From an uncultured Candidatus Woesearchaeota archaeon (GTDB lineage: Archaea > Nanobdellota > Nanobdellia > Woesearchaeales > UBA525), in assembly GCA_963724455.1 (NCBI GenBank), contig CAVRUV010000022.1, positions 2,821 through 66,820 of the forward strand: DNA of 64,000 nt, in the 5' to 3' direction. Positions 19,129 to 27,735 of the stretch are shown in pieces. The notes below the pieces were generated by a model. The model searched no databases. It saw nothing but the letters and a program-made list of their open reading frames with translations, and had not been told where the DNA came from. Numbering within the stretch: the stretch's first letter is position 1; each line of letters opens with the position of its first letter. Position numbers and translations under genes: made by a program.

Positions 19129-19395
19129 ATGAGCTACCCCTTAACAATCATATTCGAGCTCTTGTTTAAATAGATTTTGTGTGATTGGTGCGTATATGTG
19201 TTTAGTCTGTATGTATGTTTAGTAGGTATATTTATTTAAGAACTTATAAGAAACTTAGATAAGAAACTTAGAAAAAAGAATTTATACTTTAAGAAAAAAT
19301 CATTAAAAAAGATTATTAAAAAAATAATCGCAGTTAAACGATTACAGTTCTGACTGCAGTTTTAGCGTTTAGTGCATTGTTTTATTGTGCAATGT

Positions 19396-19869
19396 TTAAT
19401 TGCTTGAGTCTGGGTAGTATCCGTCAGATGTTTTTCTAGCGGGTGTTTTTCCAGTTACGACTCGCTCATAAAATACCTTGCCGTCGTAGCCGTGTTTTTG
19501 TTCTCCTGGCTGTGTAAAAAGAGCATGTATTTCTTCAATATCTATGTCTCTTTGTGTAAGGTCTCTACTTTTCTGAGCGTTTCTTTCTAATTTTACAGCA
19601 GTGGTTTCGATGCGTTCTATTGTTCTTTCGAGTCCATCAAATAGTAATGATGTTATTAGTCTATATGTCATTCTTGGTCGTTCTACATGTCTAGATACTG
19701 ATTTTCGTGATATTGGTAGTCCATTTGCGTATATTACTCCTATTGCTCTAACTTCTTCTAGTGTAGTGTGATGGTCGGAGTATAATCTTGAGATTGCTGG
19801 TACTTGTAGTAGTTTAGCAAAATCATCAGTTAGCTGTTTTGGATTGTATGTTGCTGGTGTTGGGTCCAT
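19396..19869 (-). CDS. Hypothetical protein, possible winged-helix DNA-binding domain
   Basis: Segment LEEVRAIGVIYANGLPISRKSVSRHVERP looks like an HTH; otherwise unrecognised. Confidence 0.4.
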   Translation of the reverse strand: MDPTPATYNPKQLTDDFAKLLQVPAISRLYSDHHTTLEEVRAIGVIYANGLPISRKSVSRHVERPRMTYRLITSLLFDGLERTIERIETTAVKLERNAQKSRDLTQRDIDIEEIHALFTQPGEQKHGYDGKVFYERVVTGKTPARKTSDGYYPDSSN

Positions 19870-20191
19870 ATTTGTTCCTCAAAATATTTTTTTTATTAGC
19901 TTAGGAGTATTTGTTGCATATTTAATATTAGTACTTTGTTATCACTGTTAAGAAGTCTTATTTCACATAATTATTGTTTGCTAAATCTATTATTTTTCTA
20001 TCGTTTTCTATTTTTTCAGGGTATTTGTTTAGTTATTTTTTATGGTTTTTGTTTGTTTTACTTAGTTATCTGTTTTACTTAGTTATCTTTCTTACTTATT
20101 ATTTTATTACTTATTTATTGAGGGCGGTTTGTATTCAACCAAAATTTGTTTGTAGGTAGCTTTATATTTGTCTTATTATGGTCATGATATC

Positions 20192-20746
20192 ATGGTCATA
20201 ATTACATTTGGCGGAACTCCCGGCAGTGGAAAAGGAACAGTTGGCAAATTGTTGGCACAAAGACTTCAATTGCCATATTTTAGCATAGGAGATATCAAAA
20301 GAGAATATGCTAAAGAGCACAAGTTAAATTTAGCCGAGCTTAATGAGAAAAATAAGAATGATCCTGATTTTGATAATACAATTGATGCCTATCAAAGTAA
20401 CTTGCCGAAAAAATATGATTCTTTGATTGTTGACGGTAAGATGTCATTTTATTTTTTCCCAACAAGTTTTAAAATTTTTTTAAGAGTTGATGTTGCTGAA
20501 GCTGCAAGAAGGCTTATTGATGCAAAAAGAGATTCTGAAAAAGTTACTAGTATTGAAGAAGGTATAAAACTTATTAATTCTCGTATGGAGATGGATGATA
20601 CTCGTTATATGAAATTTTATGGAGTTCATTCATATGATGAAAACAATTATGATATCACTATCGATACGACTAATCTAACTCCTGAGCAAGTATTGGATAT
20701 TATCATAGAATATCTTGGCGAACAAGGAGTAAAGGTTGCTGAATAG
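20192..20746 (+). CDS. P-loop nucleotide kinase, archaeal cytidylate-kinase-like
   Basis: MVIITFGGTPGSGKGTVGKLLAQRLQLPYFSIGDI (Walker A, NMP-kinase layout). The track start at 20168 is TTG; the ATG at 20192 is preferred. Confidence 0.6.
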   Translation: MVIITFGGTPGSGKGTVGKLLAQRLQLPYFSIGDIKREYAKEHKLNLAELNEKNKNDPDFDNTIDAYQSNLPKKYDSLIVDGKMSFYFFPTSFKIFLRVDVAEAARRLIDAKRDSEKVTSIEEGIKLINSRMEMDDTRYMKFYGVHSYDENNYDITIDTTNLTPEQVLDIIIEYLGEQGVKVAE

Positions 20747-20767
20747 GATTATTGATTATTTACTTTT

Positions 20768-20860
20768 TGCCGCGAAGGTTTGCTCTTCGTCCCTCTGAGA
20801 ATTTAGGAAAAGTCGCTTGCATGAATCAGCGACTTTTCTGGGATTTACTTCAAGGCGGCA
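20768..20860 (+). repeat. Structured intergenic element, short form (copy E1, 93 nt)
   Basis: TGCCGC-GAAG...TCCCTCTGAGAATTTAG, hairpin GAAAAGTCGCT/AGCGACTTTTC (11 bp) with loop TGCATGAATC, then TCTGGGATTTA-CTTC-AAG-GCGGCA. Confidence 0.8.
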
Positions 20861-20987
20861 TGACTCTTTTAGTTTACATATGGGTTTATCTCTTATTTTC
20901 GAGGAAAAATATATAAATGACCCTCTGTCTCTTTTTATTGTTCTCCAGCGGTTTTTTGAATGCGGCTAGGAGGAGGACGGTTAAGAT

Positions 20988-21710
20988 ATGATTCAAAGCG
21001 GCGATTTCATAAAAATCCATTATACTGGAAAGCTCCAGGATGGAGTTGTTTTCGACACTACGGATGCAGCAGTTGCAGCGCGCGTAGGTTTTGAAGGGAA
21101 AAATTACAAGCCAGTTATCATCTGCGTTGGCCAGCATATGCTAGTCAAAGGCCTTGATGCTGCACTAATCGGCAAGACTGTAGGCAAATTTTCAATCCAT
21201 TTGACTGCTGAAAACGCATTTGGAAACAAAGATCCTCGTCTTGTTCGTATCATTCCAGATGCACAATTGCACAAGCAACAAATCAAGCCAACACCGGGAC
21301 TACGTCTAAATGTCGACGGAAAGTATGGTGTTGTACGAAGTGTCAGCTCCGGCAGAACAGTAGTTGATTTCAATCATCCTTTAGCAAGCCAAGATGTCAT
21401 TTATGATATTGAGGTCCTTGCAATAGTTGAAGAAATCGGTGTACAGGTCGGATCATTACTCGACGCAGCAAAAATTTCATACAAGGGAATTAAAGTAAAT
21501 GGCGACAATGTAACTGTTATGTTTGCACAAATGTTGCCTAAGCAACTGCTTGATGCACTCACAGACAGATTCATCACACTTACCGAGTGTAAAACTGTAA
21601 GTTTTGAATCAGGTGAAAGGCCAATTGCAAAGCCTGAATCAACGCCTGCAGCAAAACCCTTGGCAAAATCAGAAGGAAGAACGGCTACAAAATCTACAAA
21701 AACTGTATAA
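20988..21710 (+). CDS. FKBP-type peptidyl-prolyl isomerase, long archaeal type
   Basis: N-terminus GDFIKIHYTGKLQDGVVFDTT, IF-insert-like middle region, C-terminal domain with a low-complexity tail. Confidence 0.8.
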   Translation: MIQSGDFIKIHYTGKLQDGVVFDTTDAAVAARVGFEGKNYKPVIICVGQHMLVKGLDAALIGKTVGKFSIHLTAENAFGNKDPRLVRIIPDAQLHKQQIKPTPGLRLNVDGKYGVVRSVSSGRTVVDFNHPLASQDVIYDIEVLAIVEEIGVQVGSLLDAAKISYKGIKVNGDNVTVMFAQMLPKQLLDALTDRFITLTECKTVSFESGERPIAKPESTPAAKPLAKSEGRTATKSTKTV

Positions 21711-21772
21711 ATACGGCGTAGGTTTTTAAACTCAGAGTTCAGATAAACCTTGTTACAACAAGGGGTGTATTC

Positions 21773-22879
21773 GTGGATAAACTCATCAAAAGCGCAAAAG
21801 ACCAAACACGCGAGCCGCGTAAAGCAAACGCGATGGACGCAGAGCTAGAAGCATTGCTGTCTCAGCAGAAGGCAAAGATTCGAGTTGTTGGCTGTGGCGG
21901 CGGCGGAAATAATACTATTAATCGCATTAGTGAAGTGGGTATTGAAGGAGCTGAAACTGTTGCAATTAACACAGATGCACAAGATTTACTCTACACAACT
22001 GCTGATAGAAAAATCCTCATTGGAAAAGAATTGACAAAGGGCCTTGGGGCTGGTGCAATTCCAAAAATTGGCGAAGATAGTGCACGTGAAAGTGAGAATG
22101 AAATCAAAGAAGCACTAAAAGGTGCAGATCTTGTCTTTATCACCTGCGGTCTTGGTGGCGGAACAGGAACCGGTAGCGCACCAGTTGTTGCTGAAATTGC
22201 AAAAAAGATGGGTGCACTAACAGTTGGTGTTGTAACTCTGCCATTTAGTATGGAAGGTTCGCGTAGATATGAAAATGCGCTTTCAGGACTTGAAAGAATG
22301 GAAAAAAATGTTGATACTCTTATCGTCATCCCAAATGATAAATTACTAGAAGTAGCTCCTGACTTGCCACTTCATACTGCATTCAAAGTAGCAGATGAAA
22401 TTTTGACAAATAGCGTCAAAGGAATTTCAGAGCTTGTAACAAAAGCAGGTCTTGTAAATTTGGACTTTGCTGATATCAGAACAGTGATGGGCAACGGCGG
22501 CGTTGCACTTATTGGCGTCGGCGAAGCTGATGGCGAGAATCGCGCAGTTGAAGCCGTACAAAAAGCAATCAGCAATCCGTTGCTCGATGTAGATATCAGC
22601 GGCGCTGGTGGAGCACTCATCAATGTTGCAGGCGGACCAGATATGACTCTAGAAGAAGCGCGTAAGGTCGTCGAATCCATCAGTGTCAAGTTAGACGAAG
22701 ACGCACGAATTATTTGGGGTGCTCAGATTAGCGAAGATCTGACTGGAACAATAAGAACAATGCTCATTGTTACTGGTGTGAAATCAAAACAGATTATCGG
22801 GCGCGCAAAACAAGATGTTGGAGAATCCGATGAAACGAGAAAAATTGAAGATGAATTAGGTATAGATTTCATAAATTAG
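21773..22879 (+). CDS. ftsZ: Cell division protein FtsZ
   Basis: [13 protein letters not shown], tubulin signature [29 protein letters not shown] start in the track; the ATG at 21834 is possible. Confidence 0.95.
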   Translation: MDKLIKSAKDQTREPRKANAMDAELEALLSQQKAKIRVVGCGGGGNNTINRISEVGIEGAETVAINTDAQDLLYTTADRKILIGKELTKGLGAGAIPKIGEDSARESENEIKEALKGADLVFITCGLGGGTGTGSAPVVAEIAKKMGALTVGVVTLPFSMEGSRRYENALSGLERMEKNVDTLIVIPNDKLLEVAPDLPLHTAFKVADEILTNSVKGISELVTKAGLVNLDFADIRTVMGNGGVALIGVGEADGENRAVEAVQKAISNPLLDVDISGAGGALINVAGGPDMTLEEARKVVESISVKLDEDARIIWGAQISEDLTGTIRTMLIVTGVKSKQIIGRAKQDVGESDETRKIEDELGIDFIN

Positions 22880-22927
22880 CTATTGAAATAATTATTAAAA
22901 TATTATTAAAATCACTCGAGGTTTATT

Positions 22928-23134
22928 ATGTACGAACAATCCGAAGAACCAAGAACGTTACGCGCAAAATTCAGAAGCTTTACAATTCAATGCATTCGCG
23001 TCTTGAAAATCACTAAAAAACCAGATCGTGAAGAGTACAAGATGCTCGTAAAAGTAAGCGGTCTTGGCATTGCAGTAATTGGGATGATAGGATTCCTGTT
23101 GCATGTAATCAAGGTATTGATATTACCATTTTGA
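22928..23134 (+). CDS. secE: Preprotein translocase subunit SecE (Sec61-gamma)
   Basis: 68 aa: FTIQCIRVLKITKKPDREEY then a single TM; GAGGT upstream; conserved position before nusG. Confidence 0.85.
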   Translation: MYEQSEEPRTLRAKFRSFTIQCIRVLKITKKPDREEYKMLVKVSGLGIAVIGMIGFLLHVIKVLILPF

Positions 23135-23219
23135 GTAATTAAAAATAAAATATACAAATAATTTTCCAAAACAAAAAAATAATAATGCTATAAAACAATA
23201 ATGCTACAAGAGGATATTT

Positions 23220-23714
23220 ATGACTGAGAACGAAACAACCACCCCAACAGATGCGCCTGCTGAAATACCGACGCACATCTTTGCTTTGCGAACAACTGCA
23301 AATCGAGAAGAGCAAGTACTTGCATTCGTTGCAAGCAATGCAGCAAGGAAAAAGATTCCTATCAAATCAGTGATTGCTCCTCACGGAATGCGCGGCTACA
23401 TATTCGTAGAAGCTGATGATATGGCTGCTGCTGAACAAGCAGCATTTGGTATTCCTTATGCAAAGGGCATTTTGCCTTCAGAGATTCAATATAAGGAAAT
23501 CGAGCACATGCTTGAACGCGTAAAGAAGGAAGTCAACATTCAAAAGAACGATATTGTCGAGATTATCTCCGGACCATTCAAGCGCGAGAACGCAAAGGTC
23601 AGCAGAATCGACAAGACAAAAGAAGAAGTTGTCGTTGAGCTTTTGGAAGCTGCAGTTCCAATTCCAATTACTCTCAAACTTGATGCAGTTAAAGTCATCA
23701 GACGTGAAGAGTAG
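23220..23714 (+). CDS. spt5: Transcription elongation factor Spt5 (NusG)
   Basis: NGN domain (IFALRTTANREEQV...GYIFVEA) and KOW motif (NDIVEIISGPFKRENAKVSRID). Confidence 0.9.
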   Translation: MTENETTTPTDAPAEIPTHIFALRTTANREEQVLAFVASNAARKKIPIKSVIAPHGMRGYIFVEADDMAAAEQAAFGIPYAKGILPSEIQYKEIEHMLERVKKEVNIQKNDIVEIISGPFKRENAKVSRIDKTKEEVVVELLEAAVPIPITLKLDAVKVIRREE

Positions 23715-23939
23715 GATTTACTGTTAAGCGGAATTAACTTTTTTATTTTATTTTTTTTATTTTTTATTATTTCTGATATGTTGAATGTTCTGTTGCGTTG
23801 AATGTTCTAATGTGTTAAATGAAATGATGTGTTGAATGAAGTGATTCTTAATTGATTTTTTTATAAAGACGCTTGGGCTTTAAGATTTAAGTTATTTGTA
23901 AACGGTATTTTTATTAAGCTGTAATGAAATTATTGTCCT

Positions 23940-24335
23940 ATGGATGCCTATCTTGCAATAAAATTTCATGATGATTGCAAAAACAGAGAGTTGATTGAAC
24001 AGATATCTAAATCACTCCAGGATTCTGGTTTAAAACCTATTGTCGTGATTCGTGATTATGAAAAATGGGGAACAATAAAGTTTGCGCCAGAAGAATTAAT
24101 GGAATTGGCGTTTAGATTAATAGATGAATCAAAATTGTTAGTAATAGAATTCTCAGAAAAAGGCGTTGGCTTGGCTATAGAGGCAGGTTATGCTTATGCG
24201 AAAAACAAGCCGATTATAGTTATTGCAAAGAAAGGTTCAGATATATCAACCACTCTTCAAGGAATTGCAAAAGAAGTATTTTTCTATACTGATCCTGAAG
24301 AATTGACAGAACATTTCAGGAATTTAAAACTTTAA
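23940..24335 (+). CDS. Nucleoside 2-deoxyribosyltransferase-like (Rossmann-like) protein
   Basis: IDESKLLVIEFSEKGVGLAIEAGYAYAKNKPIIVI resembles the ...D.vva.l...sG...ElGyA.a.gKPv... core of PF05014-type proteins. Motif-level only. Confidence 0.5.
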   Translation: MDAYLAIKFHDDCKNRELIEQISKSLQDSGLKPIVVIRDYEKWGTIKFAPEELMELAFRLIDESKLLVIEFSEKGVGLAIEAGYAYAKNKPIIVIAKKGSDISTTLQGIAKEVFFYTDPEELTEHFRNLKL

Positions 24336-24399
24336 AATTTTGAAAATTTAAAATGAATTATCTAAGCCAGTTTTTGTTAAGCGCAATATTGGGTTGTGT

Positions 24400-24738
24400 T
24401 TAGTTTTTATATGATCCGACGATTGTTTCGAGAACTTTTCTTAATTTTGGTCTGTGTACACAAATATCAAAATCAAAGTCTGCATATGCTATTGTAGGAT
24501 CTTCTCCTAGTAGAATTCTATTTTCAACTTCTGCAAATGTGTTGATATTGTCTGCTTTGAATTTATGGCCGTTTAATATCTTAATTTCTGTTGGGTCTTT
24601 GATTTTTGTTATGAGTTCTAGAAGTGATTCATCACATTCTTGTTTTAGCCTACTGAGTTCTGGTGTTGGAATCCCGTTTAATATTTTACTTACTGCTGAA
24701 AAATATTCAAAATATGGATTAAAATAATCTTTTTCCAT
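24400..24738 (-). CDS. Hypothetical protein
   Basis: 112-aa ORF, opposite strand, inserted between spt5 and rpl11; no motif recognised. Confidence 0.45.
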   Translation of the reverse strand: MEKDYFNPYFEYFSAVSKILNGIPTPELSRLKQECDESLLELITKIKDPTEIKILNGHKFKADNINTFAEVENRILLGEDPTIAYADFDFDICVHRPKLRKVLETIVGSYKN

Positions 24739-24812
24739 TTAAATTAGTGATTTTGGAGCAATCTATAAGTTTTGTGTTTGAGAGAGTTCTCATTCTCTAT
24801 CCCAGACAGTAA

Positions 24813-24825
24813 GCTTTAAAAATAA
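24813..24825 (+). promoter_or_regulatory. Putative BRE/TATA (GCTTTAAAAATAA) about 25 nt upstream of the rpl11 ATG
   Basis: Position and composition fit an archaeal TATA; implies a very short leader. Confidence 0.45.
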
Positions 24826-24844
24826 ACCACTATTCTTTAGGCTT

Positions 24845-25603
24845 ATGGCAACGGAAACTATTGAAGCACTCATTGAGGGCGGAAAAGCAAGCGCAGCACC
24901 ACCACTTGGTCCTGCACTAGGCCCTACCGGTCTTAACATCCAACAAGTCATCGGCGATATTAACACAAAGACTGCAGCATTCAAGGGAATGCAAGTCCCA
25001 ATCAAGATTATCTTCGATCGTTCAGCAAAAACTTACGAAATCACTATCGGCACTCCTCCAGCAAGCGCACTTATTAAGAAAGAAGCAGGCTTGGAATCTG
25101 GTAGTGGTAAGCCACACGTCGACCACGTTGCAGATTTGAGAATCGAGCAGATTATCAAAGTAAGCAAGATGAAGGAGAGCGTTATGCACGGCAAGACTAT
25201 GAAGGATCGTGTTAAAGAGATTATTGGCACATGCAACAGCATGGGCGTTATGGTTGAAGGAAAGCACGCACGCGATACACTTCGCGATGTTGAAGCTGGT
25301 AAATTCGACGAGAAAATTAATTCTGGTAAAACTGAACTAACTGCAGCAGAACTTAAAGTACTCGATGAGGAAAGAAAGAAAATGCAGGCAGAGCTTACTA
25401 AAAAGCAGGCTGATATGGAAGCACGCTCACGTGCAATTATTGACGCTGGAAAGGCAAACACCAAGACTGAGAACCAAATCAGAAACGAACTCTTGGGCGC
25501 TGGCATTCCAGAAGATTATGTCGATAAAGTCATGCCAAAAAGCAAGACTGCACCAGCAGGCGGAAAAGCAGCAGCTGCTCCTGCACCAGCAAAGAAGAAG
25601 TAA
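24845..25603 (+). CDS. rpl11: Ribosomal protein L11 (uL11) with a ~90-aa C-terminal extension
   Basis: GGKASAAPPLGPALGPTGLNIQQV...GTPPAS...; the canonical part ends near residue 160. It is followed by a charged coiled-coil-like segment and an A/K/P tail (KTAPAGGKAAAAPAPAKKK). Confidence 0.9.
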   Translation: MATETIEALIEGGKASAAPPLGPALGPTGLNIQQVIGDINTKTAAFKGMQVPIKIIFDRSAKTYEITIGTPPASALIKKEAGLESGSGKPHVDHVADLRIEQIIKVSKMKESVMHGKTMKDRVKEIIGTCNSMGVMVEGKHARDTLRDVEAGKFDEKINSGKTELTAAELKVLDEERKKMQAELTKKQADMEARSRAIIDAGKANTKTENQIRNELLGAGIPEDYVDKVMPKSKTAPAGGKAAAAPAPAKKK

Positions 25604-25800
25604 ATTCTCTTTGTTTATCCTTTCTTTTCATTCTTATTTTTTATTCTATTCTCAGTTTCTATTTCTTAAAAATTATTATTTCAATAAAATTTATTAATCA
25701 ATTGAACTTTCTTACCTTATGGCAGTAGTTACAGTAGTTCCTAATCTCGTAAGAAGACGAGAGTATTGTTTTAGTTTTTTCAGATGCTGATTTAGATCAT

Positions 25801-26247
25801 TTGTATTCGAGACAACCAGTTGTAGGTCGTGTTTTTGATAAAGAGACAATTCTTCCATTTCCAGCATTCTTCTTAGCTCCGGAATTGCCTGTTACTTCTC
25901 CCGAGAATGCTGATATATCAATGCTTTCAAATTATCTTAATGCATTTATGAGGCCAGGTATGTCTTTAAAAGATCCATTCGGAGATGTGAGTGGCGGATT
26001 TGATAGGAATCTTGCAACTATTGCAGATTCTGTGTCTGTTGAACAAAATGCTTTTTCTCTGTCGTTTAGACCAAAAAGTGGGTTTGGTGTTATTCCGGTT
26101 TATTTTTTACCGCTTGATATTGCTAGATTTGCAAGACCAGAACTTGAAGAAGTATTGTTACAAAATGAGTTTCCAGTTTATAAATTTGCAAAGTCTTGTG
26201 GACTAGATGATGACTGCAAGGGATTAGTCAGATTTCAAAAGTGTTGA
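25801..26247 (+). CDS. Hypothetical protein (paralog of 26371..26790)
   Basis: TTG start in the track, so the start is uncertain. SFRPKSGFGVIPVYFLPLDIARFARPELEEVLLQNEF aligns with SFSPLPFGIVPFTMYLPRSLSEEKLVNHLSENYF in the next gene. Confidence 0.45.
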   Translation: MYSRQPVVGRVFDKETILPFPAFFLAPELPVTSPENADISMLSNYLNAFMRPGMSLKDPFGDVSGGFDRNLATIADSVSVEQNAFSLSFRPKSGFGVIPVYFLPLDIARFARPELEEVLLQNEFPVYKFAKSCGLDDDCKGLVRFQKC

Positions 26248-26370
26248 TTTTGAAGTATTTGATTTAGAATTATTGAATCTAGTATTATTGAGTATTCTTG
26301 CTATGCGATAGATGGTTATGTTATAATCATAAATGTAAAGATTTTTTAATATATTAAGAATTCTAATCAT

Positions 26371-26790
26371 ATGCAAGTTCAACCAATGTGTTTAGAAGAA
26401 AGAATGAAAACATCACAAGCACTTAATTTTTCATCAAGATTTTATACACTTCCAGGATATGTAGTTTCATTCTCGCATAAAGATATTGTTGATTTTAAAG
26501 AGGGAAAATCATTTGAATTAGAAGTTCATGGTTTGGAAATTAACAATCAACCAGTTAGGATATTAATTTTGGGAGGACCTCCAGGGGTTCTAGAATCAAG
26601 TTTTTCACCATTGCCATTTGGTATCGTGCCATTTACTATGTATCTTCCAAGATCTTTATCTGAAGAAAAACTTGTTAATCATTTATCTGAAAATTATTTT
26701 GGAATCAAAAGACCGCACGAGGTCAATGTATATGCAGCATTTATTAAAATGGAACTAGAAAAAACACCTGAGATTAAGACTTACAAATAA
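26371..26790 (+). CDS. Hypothetical protein (paralog of 25801..26247)
   Basis: See the shared C-terminal block above; no known family recognised. Confidence 0.5.
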   Translation: MQVQPMCLEERMKTSQALNFSSRFYTLPGYVVSFSHKDIVDFKEGKSFELEVHGLEINNQPVRILILGGPPGVLESSFSPLPFGIVPFTMYLPRSLSEEKLVNHLSENYFGIKRPHEVNVYAAFIKMELEKTPEIKTYK

Positions 26791-26906
26791 TGTTTAAGAA
26801 TAATAATACTGTTTAATAATAATACTTAAGAATATGTTTAAAAACTAATAATTATGTTGTGTAATCAATCTTGTAATCAATCTTGTATGGTCTTATCCGA
26901 CCATAA

Positions 26907-26917
26907 GCTTTAAAAAG
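26907..26917 (+). promoter_or_regulatory. Putative BRE/TATA (GCTTTAAAAAG) upstream of the S19e-L39e-L31e operon
   Basis: Same motif as before rpl11, but here about 110 nt before the ATG, implying an ~85-nt leader ending in AAGGAGGG. Confidence 0.4.
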
Positions 26918-27025
26918 GCTCCTCGAATTCTTTGATATAAGGACCTGCGAAAAGCAGCCCAGAGCAATCTGGAAGCATTCTCATGTAAAACATGATGTGC
27001 TGATCCGCCCAAGGAGGGAAACCCA

Positions 27026-27556
27026 ATGTTATTTGACGTAAACCCACGCGCATTCAATCGAGAGCTTGCACGTGAACTAAAAGAAAAAAAGCTCGTAACG
27101 CCGCCTGACTGGGCGCCGTTTGCAAAGACAGGTTCTCATCGTGAACGTGTACCTCAGGAAAAAGACTGGTGGTATCACAGATCAGCAAGTATCATGCGCA
27201 TGATTGCAGTACGTGGTCCAATTGGAACCAACAAGCTTGCAGTCAAGTACGGTGGAAGAAAGAACCGCGGTGTAGCACCTGATCAGTTCAGAGAAGCAGG
27301 TACTGGTGTTATCAGAAAGTGTATGCAACAGCTTGAGAAGAGCAAGTTAATCAAGCAAGTGACAATTCAGAATCACAAGGGTCGTGTTCTTACAAAGGAA
27401 GGTACGCTTCTTATGAAGGGCGTAGCAACAAGAGTAAGTAAAGAACCGCAATTGCACAAGTTCAAGGAACGCGTGATGAAGGAAAGAGAAAAGCCAGCAT
27501 CAGCAGCACCAGGACAAGCAAGACCCCCTAGGGCTCCAAAAGAGGTCGCACAATGA
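27026..27556 (+). CDS. rps19e: Ribosomal protein S19e (eS19) with Pro/Ala-rich tail
   Basis: PDWAPFAKTGSHRERVPQEKDWWYHRSASIMRMI...GGRKNRGVAPDQF. C-terminal ...KPASAAPGQARPPRAPKEVAQ. Confidence 0.9.
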   Translation: MLFDVNPRAFNRELARELKEKKLVTPPDWAPFAKTGSHRERVPQEKDWWYHRSASIMRMIAVRGPIGTNKLAVKYGGRKNRGVAPDQFREAGTGVIRKCMQQLEKSKLIKQVTIQNHKGRVLTKEGTLLMKGVATRVSKEPQLHKFKERVMKEREKPASAAPGQARPPRAPKEVAQ

Positions 27557-27726
27557 CTAGAGCAATCCACCCTAGCAAGAAGAAGAGGCTAGCTAAGCTT
27601 GGAACCCAAACTAAGTGGGCTCCATTTTGGACTGTTCCAAAAAAGTACGGCGTTGGAAAGAAAATACATCCATCGCGTCACACTGCCGTTAAGCGTAATT
27701 GGCGCCGTATGCGCACAAAGATCTAA
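27553..27726 (+). CDS. rpl39e: Ribosomal protein L39e (eL39), 57 aa; missing from the ORF track
   Basis: ATG overlaps the S19e stop (ATGA). Translation MTRAIHPSKKKRLAKLGTQTKWAPFWTVPKKYGVGKKIHPSRHTAVKRNWRRMRTKI has the KK.RLAK...P.W...RRNWRR pattern; conserved position before L31e. Confidence 0.85.
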   Translation: MTRAIHPSKKKRLAKLGTQTKWAPFWTVPKKYGVGKKIHPSRHTAVKRNWRRMRTKI

Positions 27727-27735
27727 GGTGAAACT

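Noticed and set aside
20055-20088. Perfect 17-nt tandem duplication GTTTTACTTAGTTATCT x2, and similar short tandem repeats at 26856-26880 and 23770-23860
   Set aside because: These are short slippage-type duplications in very AT-rich intergenic DNA. There is no array structure, spacers or coding potential, and track ORF 19974..20159 is a low-complexity artefact.
20768-20860. Whether the E-family elements are a known class: hammerhead/twister ribozyme, C/D or H/ACA sRNA, k-turn, integron attC, or rho-independent terminator
   Set aside because: There is no CUGANGA...GAAA core, no RUGAUGA/CUGA boxes and no conserved ACA. The AAG bulge is not followed by tandem G-A pairs. There are no RYYYAAC/GTTRRRY attC cores, and neighbours are housekeeping genes rather than cassettes. 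There is no consistent T-run and orientation relative to genes varies. The family therefore remains unclassified rather than assigned.
25022-25697. ORFs 25033..25506 (-), 25022..25267 (-) and 25365..25697 (+) overlapping rpl11
   Set aside because: These are antisense or off-frame shadows of the L11 gene and its A/K-rich extension, with repetitive S/L/F composition.
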